This document shows, piece after piece, positions 16,375-25,050 of a DNA stretch of 32,000 nucleotides (position 1 is its first letter; each line of letters begins with the position of its first letter). The DNA comes from Pseudomonas phage vB_Pa-PAC9. A program made the position numbers and the translations under genes. The notes under the pieces are model-generated. The model was not told the DNA's origin. It saw nothing but the letters and a program-made list of their open reading frames with translations, and made no database searches. The stretch lies in the sequence record PV426651.1. One strand, written 5' to 3'.

Positions 16375-16644
16375 TCAGTTGGTTCTCCGAGGTTCACAAA
16401 CAATAGTCTTGCCCAGGGGCCGCGACGGATCGCGGCGGCACTCCAGGCGCTCAAACCGGGACGGGTCCGGCTTTCCTGCCTCCGCCGGTACGGTGACGCG
16501 GACCGGCGGGGCGAGACGGGGCGAGAAGCTGCCGACCTGCGCCCGGCGGACCGTCTCCTGGGCAGAGTACAGGGGGCGATCCTCCGCTTGCGCCTGCGTG
16601 GCGAGCGGCAGCAGGACGGCCAGGGCGAGGGTCATCAGTCTCAT
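16375..16644 (-). CDS. Small secreted protein with signal peptide
   Basis: MRLMTLALAVLLPLATQAQA-EDRPLYSAQ...; hydrophobic core plus AQA-like cleavage site; just downstream of P4. Confidence 0.55.
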   Translation of the reverse strand: MRLMTLALAVLLPLATQAQAEDRPLYSAQETVRRAQVGSFSPRLAPPVRVTVPAEAGKPDPSRFERLECRRDPSRPLGKTIVCEPRRTN

Positions 16645-16678
16645 GATCGGGCTCCTTCGGTTCGGGGTCAGTGAAGAA

Positions 16679-16707
16679 AGTATAGTCACGGACCCCGAAG
16701 AAGTAAA
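16679..16707 (-). promoter_or_regulatory. Repeat-family promoter P4
   Basis: Minus strand CTTTACTTCTTCGGGGTCCGTGACTATACTTTCTTCAC; 17-nt spacer. Confidence 0.8.
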
Positions 16708-16711
16708 GTGG

Positions 16712-17053
16712 TCAGTGCTTCGAGGCCGTCATGGACTGGAGGAGGTCGCCCAAGGAGGGGCGGGCGTCCTCCGCCTCGCGCTTGCTCAGGAAGGCGCAGC
16801 CGTGGTCATCCAGATAGCTCGCGTCCAGTTCCCACTCGCCCAACTCCTCCATCGGGAGGTCCGCGGCGTTCATGAGCACCGGCCAGGCCCGGCTCATCTG
16901 CTCCTGGGCGTCCCGCCCGAGTTCGTTCAGTCGCTCCTGGAACTCGCGCTCCAGCTCCGCCTTCTGGGCGTGGGCTTGTTGGTGGATGCCGTGGACGGCC
17001 CGGGCGGCGGTCAGGGCGTCTCCGGTGAGACGGATGGTGGTCTTGCGGCTCAT
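16712..17053 (-). CDS. Hypothetical protein
   Basis: MSRKTTIRLTGDALTAARAVHGIHQQAHAQKAELEREFQERLNELGRDAQEQ...; 113 aa. Confidence 0.6.
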   Translation of the reverse strand: MSRKTTIRLTGDALTAARAVHGIHQQAHAQKAELEREFQERLNELGRDAQEQMSRAWPVLMNAADLPMEELGEWELDASYLDDHGCAFLSKREAEDARPSLGDLLQSMTASKH

Positions 17054-18228
17054 AGCGGTTCTCCGGTGATCTGTTCGCCCAAGGACACGATGGTGTCTAT
17101 CAGGAAGTTCTGCGTGGTGCGGGTTTCATCGTACAGCTGGTGGCGGAGGTGGATGAACTCCTCAATCAGCGTCCCGGCCAGCATCTTGGTCCCCATCATC
17201 AAGGTGCGCTTGCTGATGTAGATTTTGCCCTCGTGAGCCCGGCCCAGGACCTCCTCGCCCAGGAACTCGCTGACAATGATCGGGTACTCCTGGACGGCGA
17301 AGCCCAGCCGCTCGCAGAAGCCCGCGGCCTTCTCCAGCCGGGTCCGTTCCAGCTCGCTCAGGCGCATCGGGGTCGCCTCCTCGTGGAGCTGGTCCATGAT
17401 CCAGACCTGCGAAGCCTTCAGCGCGGAGCGGGACAGCGAGGAGTCGAAGCTGCGGGCGAGTTCGGAGACGGTCGCCAGGAAGGGCTTGGACGGCTCCACG
17501 CCCTCGAACTCCAGCGCATGCTCGAAGGTCGCCTTGGGCGCGGTGACGGCCTTCTTGATCAGGGGAGCCTGTTGCGACTCGCAGAGCCCGCGGCGGACGG
17601 CGGAGCTGATGTCCCAGGACCACTTGATGGTCCGATCCTCCGTCAGGTCCACCTTCTTCTGGATGTTGTAGGTGAACTGCGAGGGGTTGTCCAGCCGGTA
17701 GGCTCGCACGCCCCGGTAGTACACGAAGTGAGACGGGCCGGGATGGATGTGGACGGCCTCGTGGCGCTCCAGCGGTTCGGAGGACAGGATGATGTCGGAG
17801 CGGGAGGCCCAGACATCCAGGAACTTCTCGCCCCGGACCACAATCACGGTTTCGTCCGCGGCGACTTCCGGGACCTCGCTGGCCTCGAACACTTCGCCCC
17901 GTTCGTCCATCGTGTTGCAGTACAGCTCGCGGAAGGCTTGCCACACTTCCCAGGTCTTGCCGACCTCCGTGGTGAAGCCCAGACGGCGGTTGTTCATCGT
18001 GACCACGTTGAAGTCATCGACCCGGACGCGATCCCGCTTGATGCCGAACTCCAGCTTGCGCTTCCCGGCGTGAATGGTGATGTCGCAGCCTTCGCGGAGG
18101 AGAATGGCGATGGCGTACTTGAGGCCGGTCCCGAAGAAGCCGATGGCCCCGGGGTTCTCCTTCGAGCTGACCCCGAAGGTGGTGATGGACTTGGGGTCAA
18201 TGACGCCCTTGTTGCGGAAGATGATCAC
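17050..18228 (-). CDS. GHKL (HATPase_c)-like ATP-binding protein with C-terminal EExxH-type motif; GTG start
   Basis: 'SITTFGVSSKENPGAIGFFGTGLKYAIAILLREGCDITIHAG' resembles the GHKL G2 box; C-terminus 'MLAGTLIEEFIHLRHQLYDETRTTQNFLIDTIV'. RBS AGGAG before GTG. Confidence 0.65.
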   Translation of the reverse strand: MIIFRNKGVIDPKSITTFGVSSKENPGAIGFFGTGLKYAIAILLREGCDITIHAGKRKLEFGIKRDRVRVDDFNVVTMNNRRLGFTTEVGKTWEVWQAFRELYCNTMDERGEVFEASEVPEVAADETVIVVRGEKFLDVWASRSDIILSSEPLERHEAVHIHPGPSHFVYYRGVRAYRLDNPSQFTYNIQKKVDLTEDRTIKWSWDISSAVRRGLCESQQAPLIKKAVTAPKATFEHALEFEGVEPSKPFLATVSELARSFDSSLSRSALKASQVWIMDQLHEEATPMRLSELERTRLEKAAGFCERLGFAVQEYPIIVSEFLGEEVLGRAHEGKIYISKRTLMMGTKMLAGTLIEEFIHLRHQLYDETRTTQNFLIDTIVSLGEQITGEPL

Positions 18229-18266
18229 GTTGTGACTCCTTTTCTCTGGGTTGTTGAAACAGAATC

Positions 18267-18632
18267 TTACTCCACCCACACTCGCTCATAGCGGTCCGGG
18301 AGGGCTCCACACGATCCGGGGGAGCCGTCCGCGTTCACCACGCGCACGCACTCCCGGGTCAGGTAGCTGATATGAACCTCCGGGCGGTCCAGATAGTCCG
18401 CAAAGACCCCCGCCAGGCCCCAGAGCAGCAGGACGGCGAAGGCGAGCGGAGCAGCCCAGCGGGCGTGGTCACACAACCTCGTCAGCGTCCCACGCATAGC
18501 CCCGAAGGCGATTGACTTCAAACTCGAATCGCAACGGGCTTCGCGCAGCAAGTCCTCGTGCGACTTCTTGCGGTTTTGCGCCGCGCGGGATCGGGTGCCC
18601 GTGTATGCGGCGGAAGGCTTCTTGTAGCTCAT
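18267..18632 (-). CDS. Single-pass membrane protein
   Basis: Hydrophobic span 'AAPLAFAVLLLWGLAGVFADYL'; downstream of P5, AAAGGAG RBS. Confidence 0.6.
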   Translation of the reverse strand: MSYKKPSAAYTGTRSRAAQNRKKSHEDLLREARCDSSLKSIAFGAMRGTLTRLCDHARWAAPLAFAVLLLWGLAGVFADYLDRPEVHISYLTRECVRVVNADGSPGSCGALPDRYERVWVE

Positions 18633-18709
18633 GATGGGTCAGCTCCTTTCCAATCTCGAATCGCGGTGTCAGTATCTGGGGTTGGTTCATTTCTCAACTC
18701 GTGTGAAGA

Positions 18710-18738
18710 AGTATAGTGGGTCAATCCGAAGAAGTAAA
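18710..18738 (-). promoter_or_regulatory. Repeat-family promoter P5
   Basis: Minus strand CTTTACTTCTTCGGATTGACCCACTATACTTCTTCACAC; 17-nt spacer. Confidence 0.82.
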
Positions 18739-18743
18739 GCGGT

Positions 18744-18959
18744 TCAGGTCAATTCCAGCGCACGGCGGATTTCCCGCCGGACCTGAAGGCGGGCGTTGAG
18801 GGCCGCGCGGTGGTCGGAGGAAGTCCGCGAGCACGTCACCATCAGGGGCTTCCCCCTCACGGTGAAGCGGACCTTGTAGTGTCTCCGGCCCAGCTCCACC
18901 GTGTAGGCGATCCCCGCCCCCTCCAGCTCCCGCTTCGTTGCTTCCAGCGTGTCGCTCAT
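18744..18959 (-). CDS. Small hypothetical phage protein
   Basis: 'IAYTVELGRRHYKVRFTVRGKPLMVTCSRTSSDHRAALNARLQVRREIRRALE'. Confidence 0.6.
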   Translation of the reverse strand: MSDTLEATKRELEGAGIAYTVELGRRHYKVRFTVRGKPLMVTCSRTSSDHRAALNARLQVRREIRRALELT

Positions 18960-18969
18960 GGGGGCGTCC

Positions 18970-21381
18970 TCAGAATGGCGGCTTGTCCGACTTCGGGCCG
19001 TCCTTCAGAGGCTCCTGGGTCGGTTCGACCTTGGGCCACTCGAACGGGCCGCCAAAGTTCTTGTCCCAGTGCGCCCGGACCTGCTCCAGCGGCGGGAGGT
19101 GGTACATGTACACGCGCTTCTTGATCATCACCTCGAAGCCGTGTTCATTGGTCCATGGAATCTCCGCCATTTCCTGCTTCGACTGCGGCCAGCCGTCCGG
19201 GAAGGCCCGGGCAAGCCACTTGCCGAAGCCGGTGCGGCTCATGCGGAAGTTCCGGCCCTGGTCGCGGAGGTCGTTCACGTAGTCGTCATACAAGCTGTCC
19301 TTCACCACCTTGTTCCGCCAGTCCTGGTCGGTCTTGAGCAACCGGCCCTCCCACAGCTTCTCATACATCCACTGGGTTTCCGGCGACATGCTCATGATCT
19401 TCTGGTCCTGCAGCGCCCGGGTCTGGGGGACCTGGCGAACCTCGAAGGCGCTCAGGTCATAGGTCAGGAGGAAGTGGAGCAGGTGCTCAAGTCCTCCGTT
19501 GTCCAGATCGTCCTTGATGCGCTTGAAATAGGCGTGGTCCTGCTTGTGGCCCTCGCCCACCTCCATGACGAAGAACCGGCGTTCATCCAGACCCGCGGGC
19601 ACCACCCAATCTTCGTTCGAGGCGAGGACCAGGTGGACATAGTTCGGGGCCGCTTCCGCATCCACGCCCTTGCCCTCGATCACCAGGTGTTCTTCGGTCA
19701 CGAGGGTCTTGAGCACGCTTTCGTGCTTCTTGTCTCCGGCGAAGAAAGCCTCATCACCGAACAGCAGGACGGTATCCCGGAGGTGGGCGTTGAAGGAGCC
19801 CACCAGGTGCTTCGAGTCGCTGACTTGGAGGTAGTGACGCCCGAACATCGCGCCCAGGACCTTGGCGAAGAAGGACTTGCCGGTGCCGCGGCGACCGCGG
19901 AGGACCACGGCCACTTCGCCCGGGCCGTCCGGGTGCTGGACCATCCGAGCCATCCACCCGACCAGGTAGTGGTAGTGCTCCGGGTTCCCTGAGCAGACGT
20001 TGTCGCGGATGTGGTTCAGGAAGGGCATGTGCTTCTCGCCCGGGAGGGAGTCGCACGCGAACCCGCGCCAGAGGTTGTAGGCTTCTTCGACCTCCTGGCC
20101 GGGGGCAAACACGATGGTCTCATATTGGCGGCGCTGGGGGTGATCAATCCAGAAGGCTCCCGCGGCCTTCTCGATGGGCTTGCCCTCCTCCGAGTGCCCA
20201 ACCACTACCTTGATGTGGCGGTAGCGGTTGCGGAAGTCCTCGAAGGACTGCTTGCTGATTTTGGTCCGCTTCATCGCCGGGTCCCAGACCTCGCTGATGA
20301 TGCGGCACTTCCCGCCGATGTCCGCGATGACGGCGTGCTTCTCGTTGAGCTTGCGCAGCCAAGGGTCCACCGCCTCCTCGTGGGCACGTTCGATCTGCCG
20401 CAGGGCGTAGCCTTCCCAGTTCGGCTTGTCTCTGACGCTCGCGGCGATTTCGTTGGAGCCTGTGATCACCGCGAAGATCATTTCATCAGGGACCTCCGCC
20501 CGCACGAGGTCGCAGCAGACCTTGAACAGGGCTTCCGACCGGGAGGGGTACTTGGTCGGGTCCAGCGGGTCCTGCCCAGTAGCAATCAGCGCCAGTACGT
20601 GGTCGCTGATAGCCTTCCCGTGCTCATGGGCCCACTCCCGCAGCTCCTCCGTCCCGATGTCCGGGACGTTGCCCGTGATCTTCACCTTCGGACGGCCCCC
20701 GGCCAGGCCCTGCTCCGCCATCTGGACTCGAACCGCGGGGGTGAATTGTTCGATGGGGTAGCTGGCCTCATTCCACTCCACGAGACGGGCGAGGGTCGGC
20801 TGGCGACCCTTCTTGACCTTCTTCGCGGTGGGCATGTTGATCGTGCCCGGGAGGCGCATGATGCGGTCCACGTTGTGGCAGTGGTCCGCCTGAAACACCT
20901 TCTCCAGCTGGATGTTGTACGCTTCCAGCTCCTGAGCCTTCGCCACCGATCCGGCGATGTCCAGCTTGTCGGACGGGTTCAGACGCCAAAAGCCCTGATA
21001 GCCCCCGCCCGAGTCGATGATGACCGTGGGCTTGGGCGTGTAGGACTGGAGCAGCTTCAGAGCCCGCGCCCGCTCCTCCTCGAAGTCCTCCCCGGCTCGC
21101 GGGTCGATGTCCACGTGAAGCCAGGCGAGGCGGGCCATGTCCTCCTTCGAGGCTTTCACGTCCATCGCCCGGCGGACCGGGTTCACGTGGAAGTACAGGT
21201 TGCGCTTGCCCTGGTGCCCTTCGATCCACTCCGCGGCTTTCTGCCAGCGGTCGGGCATGAATGTGACCGTCTCCGTTTTCCCGTCCGGGATGATGGCCGT
21301 CAGGACCCACGGCCCCTCCGGGCACCACTTCTTCAGGAAGTCGATTGCGTCCTTGGTCTTGTGTTTCGGCAGTTCCGCCAT
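18970..21381 (-). CDS. Primase-helicase (primase-polymerase-type N-terminus, SF3-like helicase, DUF5906-type)
   Basis: 803 aa; 'WLHVDIDPR...PTVIIDSGGGYQGFWRL...RIMRLPGTINMPTAKK' N-terminal primase-like motifs; 'VLRGRRGTGKSFFAKVLGAMFG...LVGSFNAHLRDTVLLFGDEAFFAGDKKHESVLKTLVTEEHLVIEGKGVDAE...LVLASNEDWVVPAGLDERRFFVMEV' helicase. Confidence 0.88.
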   Translation of the reverse strand: MAELPKHKTKDAIDFLKKWCPEGPWVLTAIIPDGKTETVTFMPDRWQKAAEWIEGHQGKRNLYFHVNPVRRAMDVKASKEDMARLAWLHVDIDPRAGEDFEEERARALKLLQSYTPKPTVIIDSGGGYQGFWRLNPSDKLDIAGSVAKAQELEAYNIQLEKVFQADHCHNVDRIMRLPGTINMPTAKKVKKGRQPTLARLVEWNEASYPIEQFTPAVRVQMAEQGLAGGRPKVKITGNVPDIGTEELREWAHEHGKAISDHVLALIATGQDPLDPTKYPSRSEALFKVCCDLVRAEVPDEMIFAVITGSNEIAASVRDKPNWEGYALRQIERAHEEAVDPWLRKLNEKHAVIADIGGKCRIISEVWDPAMKRTKISKQSFEDFRNRYRHIKVVVGHSEEGKPIEKAAGAFWIDHPQRRQYETIVFAPGQEVEEAYNLWRGFACDSLPGEKHMPFLNHIRDNVCSGNPEHYHYLVGWMARMVQHPDGPGEVAVVLRGRRGTGKSFFAKVLGAMFGRHYLQVSDSKHLVGSFNAHLRDTVLLFGDEAFFAGDKKHESVLKTLVTEEHLVIEGKGVDAEAAPNYVHLVLASNEDWVVPAGLDERRFFVMEVGEGHKQDHAYFKRIKDDLDNGGLEHLLHFLLTYDLSAFEVRQVPQTRALQDQKIMSMSPETQWMYEKLWEGRLLKTDQDWRNKVVKDSLYDDYVNDLRDQGRNFRMSRTGFGKWLARAFPDGWPQSKQEMAEIPWTNEHGFEVMIKKRVYMYHLPPLEQVRAHWDKNFGGPFEWPKVEPTQEPLKDGPKSDKPPF

Positions 21382-21393
21382 TTCCGATCCCCC

Positions 21394-21720
21394 TCAAAAG
21401 CCCCAATATTCACGAAGGCGCTCAACCGGCGCTTTCCCGTCCTCCATCTGGATGACCCAGAGGCGAGTGCAGCCCAGAGCGGCGGCGATTTCGCGCTGGG
21501 TCTTACCCGAGCGGCGGCGGAACAGCAAGCAGACCTCGTGGGGCTTCAGTTGTCCGAGGTGCTGGCGCGGTTGATCGTCCAGGCGGCGGTCCGCTTCCCA
21601 TTCACGGTAGCGGTCCGGGTGCACCCCGTACTCCTTCGCGGCCTCAATCTGATTGAGGCCCTTGCGGCGGCGGTGTAGCAGTAGGCTTTCGCCTTTGGTT
21701 GGTGTCACTGTAGCAGACAT
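21394..21720 (-). CDS. Double-HTH (XRE-like) transcriptional regulator
   Basis: 'LLLHRRRKGLNQIEAAKEYGVHPDRYREWE' and 'LLFRRRSGKTQREIAAALGCTRLWVIQMEDG'; AAGGAG RBS 9 nt before ATG. Confidence 0.75.
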   Translation of the reverse strand: MSATVTPTKGESLLLHRRRKGLNQIEAAKEYGVHPDRYREWEADRRLDDQPRQHLGQLKPHEVCLLFRRRSGKTQREIAAALGCTRLWVIQMEDGKAPVERLREYWGF

Positions 21721-22103
21721 GTACAAATCTCCTTGGTTCTTGGAAGGCGTGTCCAACGTGCGACACAGACCTCATACAGACGTTCTCGCGGAACCCGGCC
21801 CAGCATAGCAGCGGCCACCGCTCCGTCGAATAGCAACCACTCCGTCTCCCCGACCTTCAGCAGGAGGAAGGCCCGTCCCCCGGCCTTGCGGCGACGGGTC
21901 AGCCAGGTCCTCTGCTGGCGGGTGAAGTGGTCCACTCGAAGCGGTCCGCCCCTGGGCGGCCAGCGTTCAGCGAACTTCAATTCAATCCAGCCCTGGTTGT
22001 AGTTCACATCCGGGGTCCCGGGCACAATGGGGTTCTCCACGCGCACCGGGTCCAGCGACCGGATGACGGGGCGGAGGGAGTCCCACATTGCGGCTTCAGA
22101 CAT
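21705..22103 (-). CDS. PD-(D/E)XK / VRR-NUC-like nuclease
   Basis: 'VENPIVPGTPDVNYN-QGWIELKFAERWP...FTRQQRTWLTRRRKAGGRAFLLLKV'. Confidence 0.65.
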   Translation of the reverse strand: MSEAAMWDSLRPVIRSLDPVRVENPIVPGTPDVNYNQGWIELKFAERWPPRGGPLRVDHFTRQQRTWLTRRRKAGGRAFLLLKVGETEWLLFDGAVAAAMLGRVPRERLYEVCVARWTRLPRTKEICTCLLQ

Positions 22104-22557
22104 CTACCCACCTCACTTCGATGTTGTAACGGCGGGCGACTTCCAAAGCCTCATCAATGCGTTGATTCCACTCAGCAACCCACCCCGGATCGCGGCCCGA
22201 GTAGTCGATGCCCGGGAAGGCGACCCGCTTCACGCCCGCCTTCCCCGCGGCCTCCATACAGTTCGGACAGCAGGGGAAAGAAGTATAGAGCGTGAAGCCA
22301 GTCGCAGGCGAGCCCAGAAAGTTGAGTGCGTTGACCTCTGCGTGAACAACGTGCTGGTATTTGTACCCGCGGTCAGCGTACAACTCCGGCGAGTCATCGT
22401 GCCCGGGCGGGAAGCCGTTGAACCCGGTCGAAGCCACGCTGTTGTTGGGCCGAACCAGGACGGCTCCGACCTTCGTGGAAGGGTCCTTGCTCCAGCCCGC
22501 GACGTGTTGGGCCAGCCCAACATAGCGGCGGTCCCAGCGGTCTTGACGTTCGCTCAT
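22096..22557 (-). CDS. Deoxycytidylate (dCMP) deaminase
   Basis: 'WSKDPSTKVGAVLVRP...VHAEVNALNF...LYTSFPCCPNCMEAAGKAGVKRV' zinc deaminase signature (HAE...PCxxC-type). Confidence 0.92.
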   Translation of the reverse strand: MSERQDRWDRRYVGLAQHVAGWSKDPSTKVGAVLVRPNNSVASTGFNGFPPGHDDSPELYADRGYKYQHVVHAEVNALNFLGSPATGFTLYTSFPCCPNCMEAAGKAGVKRVAFPGIDYSGRDPGWVAEWNQRIDEALEVARRYNIEVRWVDV

Positions 22558-22748
22558 TTCACCTCCTCCTTCAGCAAAACCTTCTGGGCGACGTTCCCGA
22601 GGAAGTAACCGCCCAGCAGGAGCCAGGTCAAGGACTCGAAGGCGTCCACCGGCAACTTGCCCACGTACAGGAGCCAGACCAGGACCGCCTCCCAGATCAT
22701 CGCCGCCCAGAACTTCCGGGAGGTCCAGCGCACGGCGATGTCGTTCAT
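22554..22748 (-). CDS. Small membrane protein
   Basis: MNDIAVRWTSRKFWAAMIWEAVLVWLLYVGKLPVDAFESLTWLLLGGYFLGNVAQKVLLKEEVK; two hydrophobic stretches, ATGA overlap. Confidence 0.55.
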   Translation of the reverse strand: MNDIAVRWTSRKFWAAMIWEAVLVWLLYVGKLPVDAFESLTWLLLGGYFLGNVAQKVLLKEEVK

Positions 22749-23059
22749 ATCAGCCCCTTCTCGTTGGCGATCCATTCGGTGACCGTCAGGGTCGCTGTGC
22801 GGCCCTTCTTCTCGACCGCGCGGACCTGTGACTTGGGCATCCAGACTTCCTCCTCACCGCCGTGGTCGATGAGGTATGCCTTGTCTGTCTCGCGCTTGAT
22901 GACCACTTCGAGGTCCACGGTGTTGTCGTTGCTGCGGCGCATATCGTTCTCCAGGGGTTCGCCCCGGACTTCCTCCGGGGTCAGGCGGGTACACTTTGCG
23001 CAGCGTGCATCCGCAAACAAGTAAGTGACCTGCGCGTCACATTGATAGCAGAACTTCAT
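22745..23059 (-). CDS. Small protein with N-terminal zinc ribbon
   Basis: MKFCYQCDAQVTYLFADARCAKCTRLTPEEV... Confidence 0.6.
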   Translation of the reverse strand: MKFCYQCDAQVTYLFADARCAKCTRLTPEEVRGEPLENDMRRSNDNTVDLEVVIKRETDKAYLIDHGGEEEVWMPKSQVRAVEKKGRTATLTVTEWIANEKGLI

Positions 23060-25050
23060 GATGGTGGGTTTCCGTCCCAGCCCATGGAATGACCCCAGCT
23101 CTGCCCAATCTCCACGTCCACCTTTGACGGGAGTTCGAGCGGCGTGCACGTCCTCATGATGTGGGCGGCTTCCGCGGCCTCCTTCATGTCGTGTACGCTG
23201 AAGGCGATCTCATCGTGGACCTGGATGATGATGTCCAGTCCGGCTTCCGCGCAGGCCACCATCGCCATCTTGGTCTGGTCCGCGGAGGAGCCCTGAATCA
23301 GCCGGTTCAGTCCCTTGTGGGTCCAGTCATAGTTCCCGTCCTTGTCCTTCGGGAAGCGGCAACGGCGACCGCTCAGGGTCGTGATGTAGCCCACGGCCTT
23401 CGCCCGGGCTTCGCAAGCCTTCGCCAGCTTCTTGATGAACGGCACCTTGTGGTCGAAGGTGTCCAGGAGGGCCTGACCCTCCGGCCCCGCGGCCTCGAAC
23501 CTCCGCGCCCCTTCCGCGACCAGGCGCTGACCCTCCGGGCTGTTCACGTCGAACAGCTGGAAGCGGGGGCCACGCACGGCCATCATAGTCGGGAGCCCGA
23601 GCTTGCGGCACATCTTCGCCCCGCCCATCCCGTAGGACAGGCCCAGGTAGATTTCCTTGGCGTCCTTGCGCTTGATCCCCGCCATGTCCGCCATCATCTG
23701 GTGGTTGTCGGTGTTCGGGTCGTTGCGGTACTTGTCCCGGGCTTCGATTGCGGACAGCCAGGCTTGGTGCCCAATCAGGTCCTTCGCCAAGCAGGCGTAG
23801 TGGACCGCCATGCGCGGCTCCTGCTGGCTGTAGTCGTTGGACGCCCAGTGTTGGCCTTCCTCCGGGAGGTAGATGGCCCGCCACATCATGGCGAACTCAT
23901 CCCGAGCCGGTTGCTGCTGGAGGTTCGGGTGTTCGCTGGACAGTCGCCCGTAGGCAGCGCCCGCGGTCCCGTCGCTTTCGTCATCCTTCTGGCGGCGGAG
24001 CTGGTTGAACGTCCCGTGGAGGCGACCGTTCACCATGTGGTCCCGGACGGAGCTGGCGAAGGTCGTGCGCAGCTTGTTCACCTTCCGGGCGCGTTCGAGG
24101 AGGTCCGCCACGGGGTGGTCGATTGAGCCCAGCAGCTCCTTGTCGATGTTGGGCTTGCCCTGGGAGGTCTTGTTCAGCTTGATGCCGATGTGTTCGAGGG
24201 CGGGGGCGATCACCTCCGGCTTCCAGACATCGCCCACGGCGATCCGGTGGCCGGTGATCGACCGGACTTGGGCCAGGGCCTCCGTCTCCTTCTCCAGCGC
24301 CCAACGCTCAATCATGTCCAAGCGGTCGCAGTCGATTCGGACGCCCCGGCGGCGAAGGCCCGTGAGGATCGGGAGCAGCTTGGACTCCAGGTTGTACACG
24401 CCCCAGAGGTCCTGCTCATCAATCTCCCGCTCCTGACGGCGGAGGATGTTCAGAGGCAGGCGCGTGTCCTCCTCCGCGTACTTCCCGACAAACTTGGCCG
24501 GGAGCATCCACATGTCCTTCTTCGGGTCAATCCCATAATCGACCGCGGCGGCGCGCAGCAGGGCTTCGTCCTTGCCGTGGAAGCCCCACCGCTCCGCGAT
24601 AGCTTGCATGCTGTAGCTGTCGTGGAGTTCGCAGATCAGCGGGTCAGCGATCTGGATGTCACGGAAGTAGCGGACCCGCTCGAACTCGATGCCGTCCCCG
24701 GCGAGGAAGTCCAGGTCATACGGGAGGTTGGCCCCCACGAGGTCGCCGGTGAACACCTTTGCCTGGGCGCGGAGGTAGGCCAGCACGCCCTCCAGCGGGA
24801 GGTTGCCCCCGCCTTCGTGTCTGATGGGCAAGTACCCGCCCGGGCCGTCCTCGATTGCGAAGCTGATGCCGGTGATGTAGCTGTTCGGGCGACGGCCCGC
24901 CCCCGGTCCGAGTTTGCGCAGGTCCGGGTCCCGCGTCTCGCAGTCGATGGCGACCCGCTTGGCCCCCTCCCACGAGGGGAGGGTGTTGAGGTCCGGGGCC
25001 ACCCAGTCGCTGGAGACGGTCGTGAACAGGGGTGGTTGGAGGTATGACAT
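23056..25050 (-). CDS. polA: Family A DNA polymerase with 3'-5' exonuclease domain
   Basis: 664 aa; exo motif 'VAIDCETRDPDL', motif A 'SNDYSQQEPRMAVHYA', O-helix 'RKDAKEIYLGLSYGMGG', motif C 'IIIQVHDEIAFSV'. Confidence 0.94.
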   Translation of the reverse strand: MSYLQPPLFTTVSSDWVAPDLNTLPSWEGAKRVAIDCETRDPDLRKLGPGAGRRPNSYITGISFAIEDGPGGYLPIRHEGGGNLPLEGVLAYLRAQAKVFTGDLVGANLPYDLDFLAGDGIEFERVRYFRDIQIADPLICELHDSYSMQAIAERWGFHGKDEALLRAAAVDYGIDPKKDMWMLPAKFVGKYAEEDTRLPLNILRRQEREIDEQDLWGVYNLESKLLPILTGLRRRGVRIDCDRLDMIERWALEKETEALAQVRSITGHRIAVGDVWKPEVIAPALEHIGIKLNKTSQGKPNIDKELLGSIDHPVADLLERARKVNKLRTTFASSVRDHMVNGRLHGTFNQLRRQKDDESDGTAGAAYGRLSSEHPNLQQQPARDEFAMMWRAIYLPEEGQHWASNDYSQQEPRMAVHYACLAKDLIGHQAWLSAIEARDKYRNDPNTDNHQMMADMAGIKRKDAKEIYLGLSYGMGGAKMCRKLGLPTMMAVRGPRFQLFDVNSPEGQRLVAEGARRFEAAGPEGQALLDTFDHKVPFIKKLAKACEARAKAVGYITTLSGRRCRFPKDKDGNYDWTHKGLNRLIQGSSADQTKMAMVACAEAGLDIIIQVHDEIAFSVHDMKEAAEAAHIMRTCTPLELPSKVDVEIGQSWGHSMGWDGNPPS

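Noticed and set aside
18949-21678. Plus-strand ORFs 18949-19992 and 20011-21678
   Set aside because: Antisense shadows of the primase-helicase gene.
21394-21756. Longer start (MDTPSKNQGDLY...) for the double-HTH protein
   Set aside because: AAGGAG is well positioned before the internal ATG at 21720, so the shorter start is preferred.
22281-22287. AGTATAG resembling the -10 of the promoter family
   Set aside because: Inside the dCMP deaminase coding sequence (codes for the LYTS motif region) and has no TTTACTTCTTCGG partner 17-18 nt away.
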